Below, piece by piece: positions 38,523 through 51,357 of a stretch of 64,000 nt of DNA. A program made the position numbers and the translations under genes. Below the pieces are notes generated by a model, which saw only the letters and a program-made list of their open reading frames with translations, made no database searches and was not told the origin of the DNA. The stretch comes from Callorhinchus milii (lineage: Eukaryota). The stretch is taken from assembly GCF_018977255.1 (NCBI RefSeq), contig NW_024704742.1:66404001-66468000 (forward strand), read 5' to 3'. The first letter of the stretch is position 1; each line of letters starts with the position of its first letter.

Positions 38523-38577
38523 CACTCATCTGAGAAACTGAATAAAAGTGGCAGCTTGTTTCCATACGAAATCAATG
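38523..38577 (+). CDS. FAM53A: FAM53A second coding exon, 55 nt (HSSEKLNKSGSLFPYEIN)
   Basis: tttcag| acceptor and G|GTAAGT donor; phase 0 to 1 joins both neighbouring exons in frame; resembles recalled human LNKSGRLFPLELN. Not in the ORF track. Confidence 0.92.
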
Positions 38578-39089
38578 GTAAGTATTGTTTTTAAATTCAT
38601 TTCCTTTCTCCATGATTTGAGGATTCTGCTGCTTTTTACATTGCAGACTGAGAGCCTCACCCCCACAGTGTAAAATGAGCTGTACATCAGGAGCTGTTTT
38701 CTGTCAGAACAAAGTATCTGACGTGCTTGTTTGTTTTACTGTTTCTTTGTTCAATTTACTGCGTTCCGGTGCATTACGTCAAATTGGACAGACTTCCAAG
38801 AGCAATTACATCTTCTAATGATAAATAATGCACGCTTTAGGGCTGACATTCAGGCTTCAGTGTAAGGAAACTTATTCAGAAGAGATTTTCACTAAATGTC
38901 ATTTCTCCCAGCTTCATGCCCTTGTTCTTTTACTGTTTCTCAATTAGGAGTCACAATGAAGTTGCCATTTTGTTGGAGTTAAGTATGCCGGATGTTTAAC
39001 ATTACAACTCAGAACTCATTCTCCGATGACCTTAGTGCACATCCCATTGTTTGTGAAGTGCTAATTTTATGTTTTTTTTGGTGAGCCTG

Positions 39090-39330
39090 GAAGTCTGATG
39101 CATTCGGAAACCCATCACCATACTTAAGAGTATTCCAACCAAACCCGTTCCATGCATCCCACCTGTACATGGAAATTTCAGAGATATTTATTGAAATGGA
39201 ATCCCCATTCTCTCCTTGGAGGGCCGCATCCTGCTTACATAATCCAGAAAGTATTAGGCACAGGTTAGCAAGAGCCAAGGCTTGGGGACCCCAGAGTGTT
39301 GCTTTGGGGTACTACTGGACTCTAATGAAC
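39090..39330 (+). repeat. Family X copy
   Basis: Similar to 32125-32510 and to the inverse of 18655-18872. Confidence 0.7.
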
Positions 39331-39439
39331 TAAAACTGCATAGCTTTCTGTTGAAACAGCCTGACAAATATTCCTGCTGCTTGTCCAGCTAGGACCTCCC
39401 TACCTGTTAGGGCTTTGGCTTACAGTGTTAACAGGAGCT

Positions 39440-39720
39440 GAGTGGGAAGAGTCCCTGCCCCCAGTGACTGATATGTCCTTCCAAGTCCTACCAATGATCC
39501 AGCCTGGCAGTGCTGTCACCAGCAGTGCCCTGGAATACTGTGGACCCGCCTGGCTCAGGAACAGGACTACCGAAACCACCACAAAAGATGGACTTGATTC
39601 TGACATTCCATTGACAAACATGTCACTTTGAAGCCAGTTCAGGTGCAAGAAGACCCGCTTAGCTCCCATTCTGTGCAGTATTGCAGACCCACCTGGGTTA
39701 AGAACCGGACTATGGAGATA
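39440..39720 (+). repeat. Unclassified repeat (family Y)
   Basis: Inverse similarity to 43915-44180 and 62750-62880 (CCTGGAATACTGTGGACCCGCCTGGCTCAGGAAC). Confidence 0.75.
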
Positions 39721-39727
39721 TCCATGG

Positions 39728-39956
39728 AAGATAAAAATAGAAGTCGCTGGGAACACTCAGCAGGTGAGGCAGCATCTATGGAGAAAGGAAAGTGAGTCAA
39801 CGTTTCGTGTCCACGACCCTTCATCAGAACCGAGTTGTGGCCCCGAAACGTTAACTCACTTTCCTTTCTCCATAGATGCTGCCTGACCTGCTGAGTGTTC
39901 CCAGCAACTCCTGTTTTTGTTTCAGATTTCCAGCATCTGCAATATTTTGCGTTTTG
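39728..39956. mobile_element. Palindromic Penelope-like pLTR remnant with hammerhead core on the minus strand
   Basis: Inverted arms like 19909-20150; minus strand reads GGTT-CTGATGA-AGGGTCGTGGACAC-GAAAC-GTT-GACT. Confidence 0.75.
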
Positions 39957-40429
39957 TCCATAGAAAATAAACCTGATTGTTGCATTCTGCTGTGAAGCAT
40001 GTCGTCTTGGAGCGAGCTCAGCCAACAAGATGAGGTTAAAGTGCTGCATGCAAATGTTTAAATTTTCAGCAGATTGATGTCATTCAACAACTTACACATG
40101 TATAGCTGGCCCTTCACGTGGGGCAGTATCTTGAATTGCTGAAATTCAGCCCATTATGCCTGGATACATTTTATCACTCCCTGTTTCCCCATATCCTTTA
40201 AATATTTTTATTTCTCTGGTGCTCACCTAGCTCCCTCTTGAATGGTGCTATTGATTCAGCCTTAGTATAACCACTGGTGAGGAATTACATACCCTAGTAA
40301 CCTTTTGAGGCAAGAGCATCAAAGTCAATCAAGGGAAAAACTCCTCATTATTCCACTGCCAGATCTCCACAAATTAAGCCTGGCTTTCTTTCAGCCACAG
40401 GCGTCACATACATCAAATGCATTCTGTAT

Positions 40430-40751
40430 AGTCCTCTAGCTGGTTGGTTAGAGCACTGGCCTCGCAAGTGAGAGGACCTGGGTTTGATCTCCGGGCAGGA
40501 TGAAACATTAGGCAAGTTTCCTTACTCCACACACCTCTGTTCACCTAGCAATAAGTAGGAACCCAGTTGTTAGTTGATTGGTGGGTTACTTTTCCGGGGT
40601 AAAATTCCTTCAAAAATAAATTAAAATTATTTGGTCACTCAATCCACGACTATTTGTGGGACACGGCTGGGCACAATTGACTGCCGCGTTGTGCGTTTGA
40701 GATGTCTCGAAGATGTGATAAGGAGCTTTATCATACGCAAGGATTATTATT
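40430..40751 (+). mobile_element. Young tRNA-SINE, long version
   Basis: Head, CTCTGTTCACCTAGCAATAAGTAGGAACC segment and tail. Confidence 0.85.
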
Positions 40752-41369
40752 CTCTAGTTGTACACACAATACTGAATGTTTCTGACACAGTTGGAAATCG
40801 TTAAACTTGCTGACCCTTTTTTCATGCAAACCTGTATTCTGAAAGGTGGCTGCTGCAGGCATTCAGTGGCCAAGATTGTGCTGAAACCATGAATACAATG
40901 TCACTTTGCTCGAATTTGACTACAGAAAATTTGCCTGATATTTTCAGTCTGAGCAGTCATCAAATGTCATAAGACTAGCTCTAAACCTGAACTAACCTTG
41001 TGTTGAGAATGTTCCTTAGAAAAAAAACATCCAGCAGAGATGGGAATAATTTGACCCAGTTGCAATAGACAAATTGTGGTTCTTGATAGCCCTGCAGTTA
41101 CCTCCTGACTGTTTTGTATGATCTTTGCATGGTAATAAAATAGCCCCTTGTTCCAGCAGGACATTCTCTGAAGCTGGGGATGGTTTCTCTCTGCATTTGC
41201 ATGAACTAAAAATGAGGTCATTTCAATGCCATGTCTAGCAGAAGACAAAATGCTAACAAAACGAGCTCCTCACCCCCTCTCCGAATGAGTATTTTCTTAC
41301 CCCCCTCAAACTACCACACACAAAGCATTCATTTGTCCATCCATTTGCAGAGTGTTAGAACATCTGTAA

Positions 41370-41490
41370 AAAAAAAAGCAGCAGATGCTGGAAATCAGAA
41401 ATGTAACTTGAGGGCTGGAAAATCGCAGCAGGTCGCACAACATCTGGCAGAGAGCTAGGTAGTGCTTCCTGAATGATCCTTCATGAGCAC
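41370..41490. mobile_element. Degraded Penelope-like pLTR arm
   Basis: GCAGATGCTGGAAATC..GCTGGAAAATCGCAGCAGGTC..CATCT resembles the other copies. Confidence 0.5.
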
Positions 41491-42049
41491 TCCAGTTATG
41501 TGCTGGGGCCGGAACCCACCCCCAGTTATTTATGACATTCCATAGAACATACAGCGTGGAAACGGCCCATTCGGCCCAATTAGTCCGGGCTGAAATGATG
41601 TAGGGGGGCAAATCTTTTCTGCAAAACGTGCTTTATTGCTGGTGCGCTGATTGAATTTAAAGTTAACATTTTAAGGGTGGTTCCAATAGTAACCCACCAG
41701 CCATTTCTGGCTGGAGGAGACCTTTAGTCCAGCAAGCCACCCAATTTCCCCAAAGTTTCCTTCTGCACATCCCATTATCTAATAAGCCTGAACTCTTTCA
41801 ACTTCTACAAACTGCTGTGGTTTGTTCTATGTGCCTGTCACCTTGGCACTTCTGTTTTTCTTCCATATAACACAGAATTAGGTCTATTTAAACCTGAGCT
41901 GTTGGGAAATCAATGGGAGTTAGGGGACCCTTCCATTTAAGAAATTCCTGTGCTCGTACATCATATGGTTGACCACCCCCCCAGATTCGGTTTAGCAGCT
42001 AAGGACTTTGTTGAATTATGTGCACTACATCTCAATCAGGTTTTGGCCT

Positions 42050-42545
42050 GGTTTAGGTGATTGCACTCACTTTTGAGACTGGACATTGTGAGTTTAAGCC
42101 CCAGGTTGGGAGTTTTGAACTCGTACTGTAGGAGGGCACTCCAATGTAAGAATGAGGTGTCCTGGATTGTTGGCTATGTCTTCCTTATAAACTGAGTTCC
42201 CGTCTCCCTGTTCAGGTGGATATTAATGGTACTATTCAAAGATGGGAGTTTCTCTGGGTGTTCTGTCCAACAATCTTCCAGATAAAATTAATTGGTCATT
42301 CACTTCATGGCTGTTTATGGGACATTTCTATTCTCAAATTGGATGCCACAGTCACCTACAAATACAAAATAGGCAGTTTTGCATTGTATTGACATGAAAG
42401 ATGCAAGTATCAAACTAAACCCCACCTGCCTATTCAGGTGAACATTAAAGATCCCACAGCACCATTTGAGAACAGAAAGGGAGTTTCTCCTGGTGTCCTG
42501 GCCAGCAACCCCCAGATAAAATTGCTCATTCACTCCATGGCTCAG
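42050..42545 (+). mobile_element. Two tandem old Deu-type SINE fragments just upstream of the large exon
   Basis: TTCAGGTG..ATTAA and CCAGATAAAATT..TCATTCACT each occur twice. Confidence 0.65.
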
Positions 42546-42611
42546 TCACTCTTAATGGAAATGGGATAATGCTGAGCAGTTTGGTGATTGTGTGTTTGCT
42601 TCTATTCACAG

Positions 42612-43426
42612 AGGAAAGTCCGTGGGGAGTTATAAACAGGACTTGTCCGAAAAAAGCAGAGGCAAACCGCAATGTGGCTTTTCCCTTCTCGTCGTGTGCA
42701 TTTACCCACGGTCTGGCAGACCATGTTGGCTTGCAGTGGCAGAATGAGCCAACCAGGAGCTCAGTGGTGTCTGGTTGGATCAGCGAGGTGAGTCTGAACG
42801 AGAACGCCAACACACCCCTGGCACCGCCCACCAAACGACACTGTCGTTCCCTCTCGGAGCCTGACGAACTGTCGCGTTGCCGGTCTCCGTGGAAACCCAG
42901 TGGCTCCAAGGTCTGGACTCCCGTTTCCAAGCGTCGGTGCAACAGCGGGGGCAGTGCCACCCTGCAGCGCTGCAACAGCCACGGAAGTGCCACCCTGCAA
43001 AGAAGCACCAGCATCAACCTGCTCCAGTTCACCAGCAAACACACCCTGTCTTTAAACAGCAGCATCTTCAGCATCACCAGCTTCAACACATCTCCGGTAC
43101 CCAGACCCTCGTCTGCCAGCAGCGGCTTCGTGGACAGTAGCGAGGGGAGCACATCGAGCGTCCGCTGGAACTCTGCTGGTCCCTTTGGTTTTCACCCCAG
43201 GCGCCGCCTCTCCCTCTCGCAGGAGCACATTGCAGAGACAACAAACCTGTTGCCGTCAGCAAACAGCACTCCTACATCCACGCCAGAGCTGAGTCGCCGG
43301 CAAGGACTGCTGCGGTGTCGCTCGCAGCCTTGCGTGCTGAACGAGCGCAAATGTGGGCTGAAGCGCAGACGGGAGGAGGACGTCAGGTGGACTCGGCCGT
43401 CCTTGGACTTTCTTAAGATGACTCGG
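42612..43426 (+). CDS. FAM53A: FAM53A large coding exon (815 nt, FAM53 family domain)
   Basis: Motifs APPTKRHCRSLSEP, SKVWTPVSKRRC, PRPSSASSGFVDSSEGS, GLLRCRSQPCVL, KRRREEDVRWTRPSLDFLKMT fit FAM53A better than B or C; ttcacag| acceptor, CGG|GTAAGA donor. Confidence 0.96.
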
Positions 43427-43914
43427 GTAAGACATGCGTCTCGGGAAAGCCCTTCCACTTTTTTAGAGCCCTTTCTATTACATCTGCTCAATGCTAATAT
43501 TTTGCTTTGGTGTTAAAAGTGGGTCTCCAAAGGTTCTCTCTACAAGAGAGCTGGCTCGGAGACTGGACTTCAGTTGATATACACAATCATCTTCACTGAA
43601 CATTTTCTTTCATGAGTTTTAGAGGCAGTCTTCCCATTCGCAGAACGCGTGTTTTTTTTAAAAAAAACTAACTTTACTGAGATTTCTACTAATATTCTCT
43701 TTTCTCTCTCTCCCCCTTCTGGCTGAATATTCACGTGGAAGTGAGGTGTGCGGGTGGGCCATCATAGAAATGCTGGCTAGGCCGTGCCAGAGAGATTATT
43801 AATGTGTTGTGTTAGCTTGAAAGATGCAGCGGTGAATACGTCCTGGATTCATTACTACTACTGATCATCATCTTTGCAAAGTCCAACTCAGGGCATCATC
43901 ATGCCAATTCAATC

Positions 43915-44180
43915 TCATATCCGCAGCACTCGTGGTTTCATTACAATTGTATGAAACAAAAAGATCTTTTTTTCTGGGCAGTGGGGGGTCTCCTTGGAAC
44001 TGAAATGGTTCCAACGTACCATGCCTGGCAATGGGATGTCGGAATGAAGCCAGCCCTCTGTGGCTGTCTCAGTTGTCTGGTTCCTGAACCAGGCGGGTCC
44101 GCAGTATTCCAGGATACTGTTGATGACAGCACAACTAGCCTGGGTCATTGGCAGGACTTGGAAGGCCAGATCTTATGAAG
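43915..44180 (-). repeat. Family Y copy
   Basis: Inverse of 39440-39720. Confidence 0.75.
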
Positions 44181-47100
44181 ACTTGAGTCCTGCATCTGTG
44201 AAGGTCACACAGGGTACATGACTATTCTCTTAGCTGTTGAATTGTATTTCCCCATTGGATGATTCGATACACTCCCAATTTCAGTTTGGAAATCGCAGTA
44301 GCTATTTTAGACCAAGGATCAGAGAACAGAGACCTGGAAATCCTCATGGTGTTGGCTTTGAGGTTGTGCAGATCCTAAATTCAGTTTTAATTTGGAAGCA
44401 GGTTTTCCACTTTTTTAGATTTTGTGGAAAATTGGCTTTTCAACTTTAGATTGTGACGCTTTAAGAATCCTGCCCTGATCTTTCCACTGCAGGATTCCAT
44501 GTGGGAAGTTAAGATGGCCCATTAAATGTGTGTTCATTCAATGAGTGCAGAAAGTCAAACTGCAGTGCCTGAACCATGAACTGGGTTCAGGTCCAGTGAT
44601 TGATTGTCCATAATGTAGATCTCCCCAATGATCTATAATTTACAGAGTATCTGGAGCATTTCAAAACTTAGTGGCAACCTAACTGTGTCCGGGAGACAAA
44701 ATATACTTTGCCTAGTATGAAGGGTCAAGGAGGGAAGCATCTTACAATACAGGTCTCAATTGCTTCTGCATTTTACTTCCCCGCCTCACTAATTCCTATC
44801 CATGAATAGAGGACTTGAGATGTGACTTCAACCATCTTCTTCAGATCAGTTGTTGACATACTCCTGCTGCGGCCCCTGCAAAAAACCTAGAGATTCTCTC
44901 CAATAAGTTGACCAGATTGCTGCTTTACCTTCAGTTTGTTTTGTCTGTGAGCCGAGAATGGCAGCTACATTTGTGCCAGGTTGTTGCTGCAATGATGAGG
45001 AGTTGTCAGAAGAGATAGAAAGGGTTGCTGCTGCCACCAGAGGCCTGGGCCATCTTTGGTTCTGTGGGCACCACCAACAAAGAGCGGGGCTTAAATGGTT
45101 CCTCTGGCTAACTGATAACTTCAACGCCAATGATGGCTTGTGATGTCGTTTCCCGTTGGCTGACCTTACCTTCACCACTTTGCGTGGAAGATTTGTGGCG
45201 ATGGTTGTATTCCGAGTTAGGAACTACTATGCAGCCTAATTGTATTGACTCTTGTTATAATAATAATAATAATGTATGATTGTTTGTGGGGTACTGCTTT
45301 GCGCAATTGGCTGCTGCGTTTCACCCACAAAATAACAGTCAATCTGCTTTACAGTATATTCTGTGAAGCCTTCGGGACATCTCAACAATGTGATAAGGCA
45401 CTATATCAAATGCAAGGATTATTATTATTGGGGCCATATAAAAAAAATTAAAAAGGAGCGCATGCAGCCAAAGGGTATTAAAGTTCTTTGCAGGAATACT
45501 TAGAAAAGCAGTAACAGTTGTACAATATTTGACTAATGGTATTGCTGAGCTTTTACCTTTATTTTTATATGGCTATCAAATGGTTGTGAGGGAGCGATAA
45601 CTAAATAATTTGTCCTTTTCTCCCCACAGTTAGAAATGATATTACCAAACGTGAATGTCCCTTCCACCCCCAGTGAACTTTGAGTTAGCCATGGTTCTCT
45701 TGTGCAACACCATTATACTGTGTTGTATAAACAGCTATTCTCTTGTTTATGTGAACCATTTTAAGGCTATGTTCGGCTACAAAATATACAGTCACTACCC
45801 TTCAAAGACTTTCTACCAATGTGAAAGGTGCTTTGTCAAATGCAAGCATTATTAGGTACTTTCCATTAAAATATTTGCAGCAAAAAGGTTGCGTGGGCAT
45901 GTTATATTTTAGCAAACGTCAGTTCATTAACCGCAGACAAGAAAGAGTATGAGAATTCTTGCTCTGTAGCAGATACTGCTGCACGGCGCTCTTTAAATCT
46001 CTGACTGGAAACCTTACTCCTTTATTTGGCTTCAAACGTAAGAGTTGCTTCAAACCACAAAGATTGAATTGCATTGAGGTGGCTAATAGACTTGCCCCAG
46101 TTTGTACCGACAGATGGAGAGAAATGTCACTCGAGCCACAATAGTGAAAGAAGAGGCGTTGGAATAGCAGCAGCGGGCTCATCTGACTTAAAAGTGTGAT
46201 GATTGAAGTAAAAAGTGCGATTATTGAAGTAGAACAAAAACAAGAACTTGATGCTATTTTTAAACTGATCTGAGTGGCTGACTCTTGAAAAATATTGTTG
46301 TTGTGCAACCTCTTCAGGATTGTGGGTTTGTTTTTGAGGACACAGTGCAAATGTGGGTGTTGGCTTGTCCCAGTTTGTGGTTGAGTTGACAGTCTAGATT
46401 GATACCAGTGCGGTGCTGAGCGGGGTGGGAAGAGAAGGAGAAAGAACTGCAGTATCAGAGGTTACACTGTTCCTCAGGTGGGCACTATACAAAAGGGAAA
46501 GGCATTTCTTCTGTTTTTAGTTGACAATTGTCCAAATAAAATTTGTTTTTCAACTCATGGCTGTTATGAGACCTTGCTTTGCGCCAAAATGGCAGCCGCT
46601 TGCTTGCCTACAAAGATACTCATTGGACATCACAGTAATGTAAAGTACTTTGATGCATTTCAACGTGACAAGCACCTGTGAAAAAAGTTTTCTTCTTTCT
46701 AGCTGATGAAGCAACCAACATTAAAGAGCAAAATGTGAAGTTCTAGACTGCAACGCTATGTATTGTTTAATGTATTGTCTTCAAGTGGTGATTTTTTGCT
46801 GAGTTCCATAATACGTTTTAGCTACAAGCTCCGTGCAGGAGTGTCAACAGAGAGTGGTGCTGATATACAGAGCTGTAGTTCCCCGATGCTGCTATTAGGA
46901 TAAAAGGGTTTTCACATGTCCAGAAGTTGAACAAAATGGTTGCTGCAGATAACCGATAACCGTGCATTTGATGATAAATCTTTGGTGTCCTCCCCTTTGA
47001 TGTGTTGCAATTTTGTGGGTTTGGTCTGTAATTCTCTATTTCACAGGAGTGTAAAGTGTGCTTTTATGGAATAAATAATTCTTCATGTATAGAACTATTT

Positions 47101-47259
47101 ATGTTAGATTGGGTGGCATTTTATTGAAAGAGGAGGTGAAAGCAGTATTTGCACATCTGTAAATGGCATCTTCCAAATGTGCCTTTCATTTCTTTCTGTC
47201 AAATTTTGGTGGACCTTCTATAAAAGGCTTTCATTTAAAGAAACTTTGATATTAGGAGG

Positions 47260-47590
47260 GGAATTTTACAGCACAGAAAGAGACAATTTGGCCAACCTTG
47301 CCTGTGCCAGCTGTCTGTAAGAGCTATCCATTTTGCGTCACTCCCTTGCCCTTTTTCCCCCACCATACTCTTCTATTTTTCTTTTTTCATAATTTCCGTA
47401 AAGCTATTATGGATTCTTCTTCCACACAGGTTTGGGCTAGAGCATTCCATATTATAATAGCCTTCTGCATGAATATACAGTATTTCTCCTAATATCTCCC
47501 TTAGTATATTTGATAATCTTCAACGTATGGCTTCTGGTTACTAACTCGCTGATATCACATCTCCTGTCAACCTACTCTGTTCTAGTGAAA
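47260..47590 (-). mobile_element. Old CR1 3' end
   Basis: GAATTTTACAGCACAGAAAGAG..GAGCTATCCA..GCATTCCATAT shared with other CR1 ends. Confidence 0.6.
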
Positions 47591-50500
47591 ACATCTCTGG
47601 TGTCTCTCATCTCAGTTTATGAAAGTGAACTGCACTGGTTGTCATATGTGGACAAAAATAATTTCTGGGGTTTTACAAATAATAAATAATCCTTGCATCT
47701 GAAATGGCGCCTTTCCCGTCATAATGATGTCTCAAAGTGCTTCATAGGACATACCATAGTGTGACTATTTTGTAGATAAAATACATGAATCAAATTGAGG
47801 GATCTGTCAGGAAGATAAACTATTTCTAACACAACTGCTAGGAGACAAAGTTTCTCTAGACTATTGTGTACATTTACTTGCCTTAACTGACTAAAATTGC
47901 TGCTTAACTGGGAAGATTAGGATCAAATTTTAATGGGTATCTTCTGGATACGGATATTTGGGGGGAAGTGAGATAGGGAGGGGAGACGGGATCTACATTC
48001 CGAAAGGTGTTTTCTGGAGGACGTTAACACATTTTGAAAGGGTGGATGTTCTTTGTTTTCAGTGTCTGATGTATGTGATGTGGCTTCACACTTGAGTGCC
48101 TAAAGCCCCGTTCAGATGAAGCCAGAAAGGTCTACTAGCAAAGCACTTGCCTTTGGTGTTGTGGTTTAATGACATTAACACCCATGTCCCTGTGAAATAT
48201 GTAACATTTTTGTTAATAGCTATTATGGACTGCCTATTGGACATTAGCCCAAAAAATAAGAATAAAGATTGGTTTCCTTTCTTTACTTTTTTGTCTATGT
48301 AAGAATATGGCCAATGAATTTATTCCAACAACAACAACCTGTATTTATATAGCGTCTTGGAGCGCTTAACAGTGGTGGAGCCTGATGCTGGGTGGGGAGC
48401 AGAGAGATCTTTCACTGTACTTTAAAATTTGAAAGTTATGTTTTTCAAGGGGAATTTAAGTAACATTGGGAGGAAATGTCTGCGACTAATGGGTTCTACT
48501 CTTCCACTGAAATGCCCTCTTTTGTGAAAAAATGTATTAATCTTCTTTTGAGTCTGTGCAATCCTTGGTTATATGGAATGGTATATTTTACCAGCCGTAC
48601 ACAATGCATAATAATAATAATCCTTGCATTTGAAATAGAGCCTAATCAAGTCGTTGAGTCGTCTAGAAGCACTTCACAAAATATACCGTAAAGTGAGTTG
48701 ACTTATTTTTGATCAGCTTTGCCCAGTTTTTAAACTTGAGTAAATTCCTGATTAGACTTTGTTGCCCTCTTTTAAATGTAATCATGATTCTGATCTCGGT
48801 TTTGGGTGGGAGGCTTCACTCCTAGACGCTTGTCGATGTGAAGAGCCAATTTACACTGGGTAGTTTAGGCAACTTCCCCTCCATTGTGAAATGGTACCAG
48901 TGTCCTGTATATTACAATAAGTTCACTGACTTTTGGAAAGTCTTGCCTCATTTGAAGCGTTAAAGATGACGTGCACAGCTGATGAAATGGAGAAGTGTCA
49001 CTCCAAGGAACTGGCCCAATTTTGCAGTGCTATAACAAGTTGCTTTCATATGGCTCCTTCACGTAGGCAAATATGGCAGCCAAACGCACACAACAATGTC
49101 CGTCAAACAAACCTGAAGTGAATAACCAATTTTATCGGAGGAATTGTTGGCCAGGACACCAGGAGAACCTCCTTCTGAATAAATTTTTCTGAAGTGTTTA
49201 GTAGAAGGTTAACCAGTCCAAGGTTTTTTGTTTTCTTAAAAAAAACTTGACTGAATGTTAAAGATGCCTTTATTTGGTTGATTTCCTGACCCACAAATGG
49301 CAGAAGTATTAGTTTGATGAATGATAATTGATTCTCGAGATTTCTTGGCTTTCCTGGCAACAAGATATCCTTACACACCACAATAAGCACTTGTGTGGTG
49401 GTTTTGTTCAGGAAGACAGTCTAAGGTTGCTGAAATAATACAAACCAATGAAGGACTTCAGCTACACCACAGCTACATTTAAGCACGCCCGAGACCCTAT
49501 CCATGTGAAAGGCACTGTATAAATGCAAGTTGTTGTTGAAGTACAATGCTATAACTCTAGTCTGACAGTCCTGCAGTTATGTTGCACAGCTTTTTGTGAG
49601 TTGGGTAGTTAATGAAATAAGCTTGGGAACTTGCACTCCGCTTCAGGAACAAGACCATTAAACTGAGGAACACCTTTTTTAAAATAATTATACAAAATGA
49701 GCTTCCAGGAGATCAATCTCTAATGAACTTTAATCCCTTCGTTGTTCTCAACAAAGTTGGGGAGAGGGTGTGTTTTAAGACTCCACGCTGTTGGTTGCCT
49801 TGGAGGAGACTGATATTCTTGGCTGCAATACCTAGCAAACAGATAATCCTCCCAAACTAGAAATCTCAAAATAAGCCCATCTCAGTGGGAAAGCTTTAAT
49901 GACTTAGCCAGCATGGGGCATACAGAAGACTGTATGTAAGTTCTGATTCAGAGCAGATGTGGGGGTGTACTCCAAAACTCCACAGATTGAAGCTGTATCC
50001 TAAGTCTGTTACCTTTGGGATTTAAGTCCTTTTGATTAGCTTCTAAGTCAGATCTGGAAGTGAACGATTTAACATGTTGGAAGTTATATTTTCACCATGT
50101 TAAAATATTCATATATAAACTTATCATAGTCTTTATTTTTAAATCAATTATACTTGCCGATTCCTGATATCTTAATCAGCATCCTTTCATTTAATAGAGC
50201 ACCTTGTCACATCATCAAAACTTCTCAAGGATTTTTTGCAAGATTTACTGTGAATTGTCGTCACTATTTGCAGGTGAATTCAGTAGCCAACATTGCACCC
50301 AACAGTGGGGATAGTTCATTCCTTCTGGCTTGTTGGGAGGCTATTTTGCACTTTCTTCAACAAGTTCTTGAAGTGCCTAATTCCAAATATTAAATATTAT
50401 TAATTCCAAATATCAAATTAGCTCTGTCTGGTGTTAGGACATCCATTTTTATCTGCTTTTATCACCCCGTGTTTTTAAATTCCAGATTGACTTTAATTCC

Positions 50501-51357
50501 CCATCTCTTTCCTACGATGGAGTTCCCATTGTCTTTGTGAAACCCTTTGAGGCGTTCACACGTGCAAAGTTATTGGTCTGGTTCCTTTGTCGATGTGCCT
50601 TCCCAGATACTTTAGGCTCTCGTCCATTTTTTCCCCTCCACCACTTGCACTTACCAAATGTACTGGAATCAGCGATTTAAGCCTGCAAACTCCCCAAATA
50701 GCAAAGCAATTAGCAGCTAATATTTTTGGTCCCTATTTAAAATTACAAGCCAGAACCAGCCTGGCTGGGGTACCAATGCTGAAAGTCTACTTTACACTAA
50801 TCAATTTCTGATTTTTTTTATCTTAAATTTGTCGGACGCTGCTATGCGTAATTGGCTGCCGCGTTTCGCCCACAAAATATACAGTCAATTTACTTTATAG
50901 TGCAGCGCTTTGAGACGTCTCAGGTGCTATATGGAATGCAAGGATAATTAAATTATTAGGCAAATGTAGATTTTGTAAAAATCAGTGTGGGCTGATCTGA
51001 TGTTTGATACTGTGACAGGTTGACACCAAATGATTTTCCTATTTTTTTTCCGTCAGTGCAATGTGGGCTTTGGTATTAATCGGTCGAAGCTAACTGCACG
51101 GACAGACAGTGCTACAAGAGAGTAGCTGCATTTTGTTTCTGTAGCTGTATTCCATACCACCTATGTCATTGCCAACTGGTGAGCTTGTAACTCAAGCTCT
51201 TCAAATGTGCGCGCTTTAATGTTACCTATGTAGGTCTGTGAAAGGGGACTGGGATCACTTCATCGTATTTTGACTACACAGGAGATATGTATAATGTAGC
51301 CTGCAATGTTTAATGTCTTCCGTTCAGGTCTCTGAATACTCAATGTATCAGTATGGC

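Noticed and set aside
42526..43152. 208-aa antisense ORF over the large exon
   Set aside because: Shadow ORF of a GC-rich coding exon; no independent support.
42569..43516. The 315-aa ORF as a single-exon gene with a signal peptide
   Set aside because: Its first 14 and last 29 residues are intron read-through beyond the splice sites at 42612 and 43426.
44846..45178. 110-aa minus ORF as an LTR-element Gag remnant
   Set aside because: No intact zinc-knuckle or other motif and no LTRs seen.
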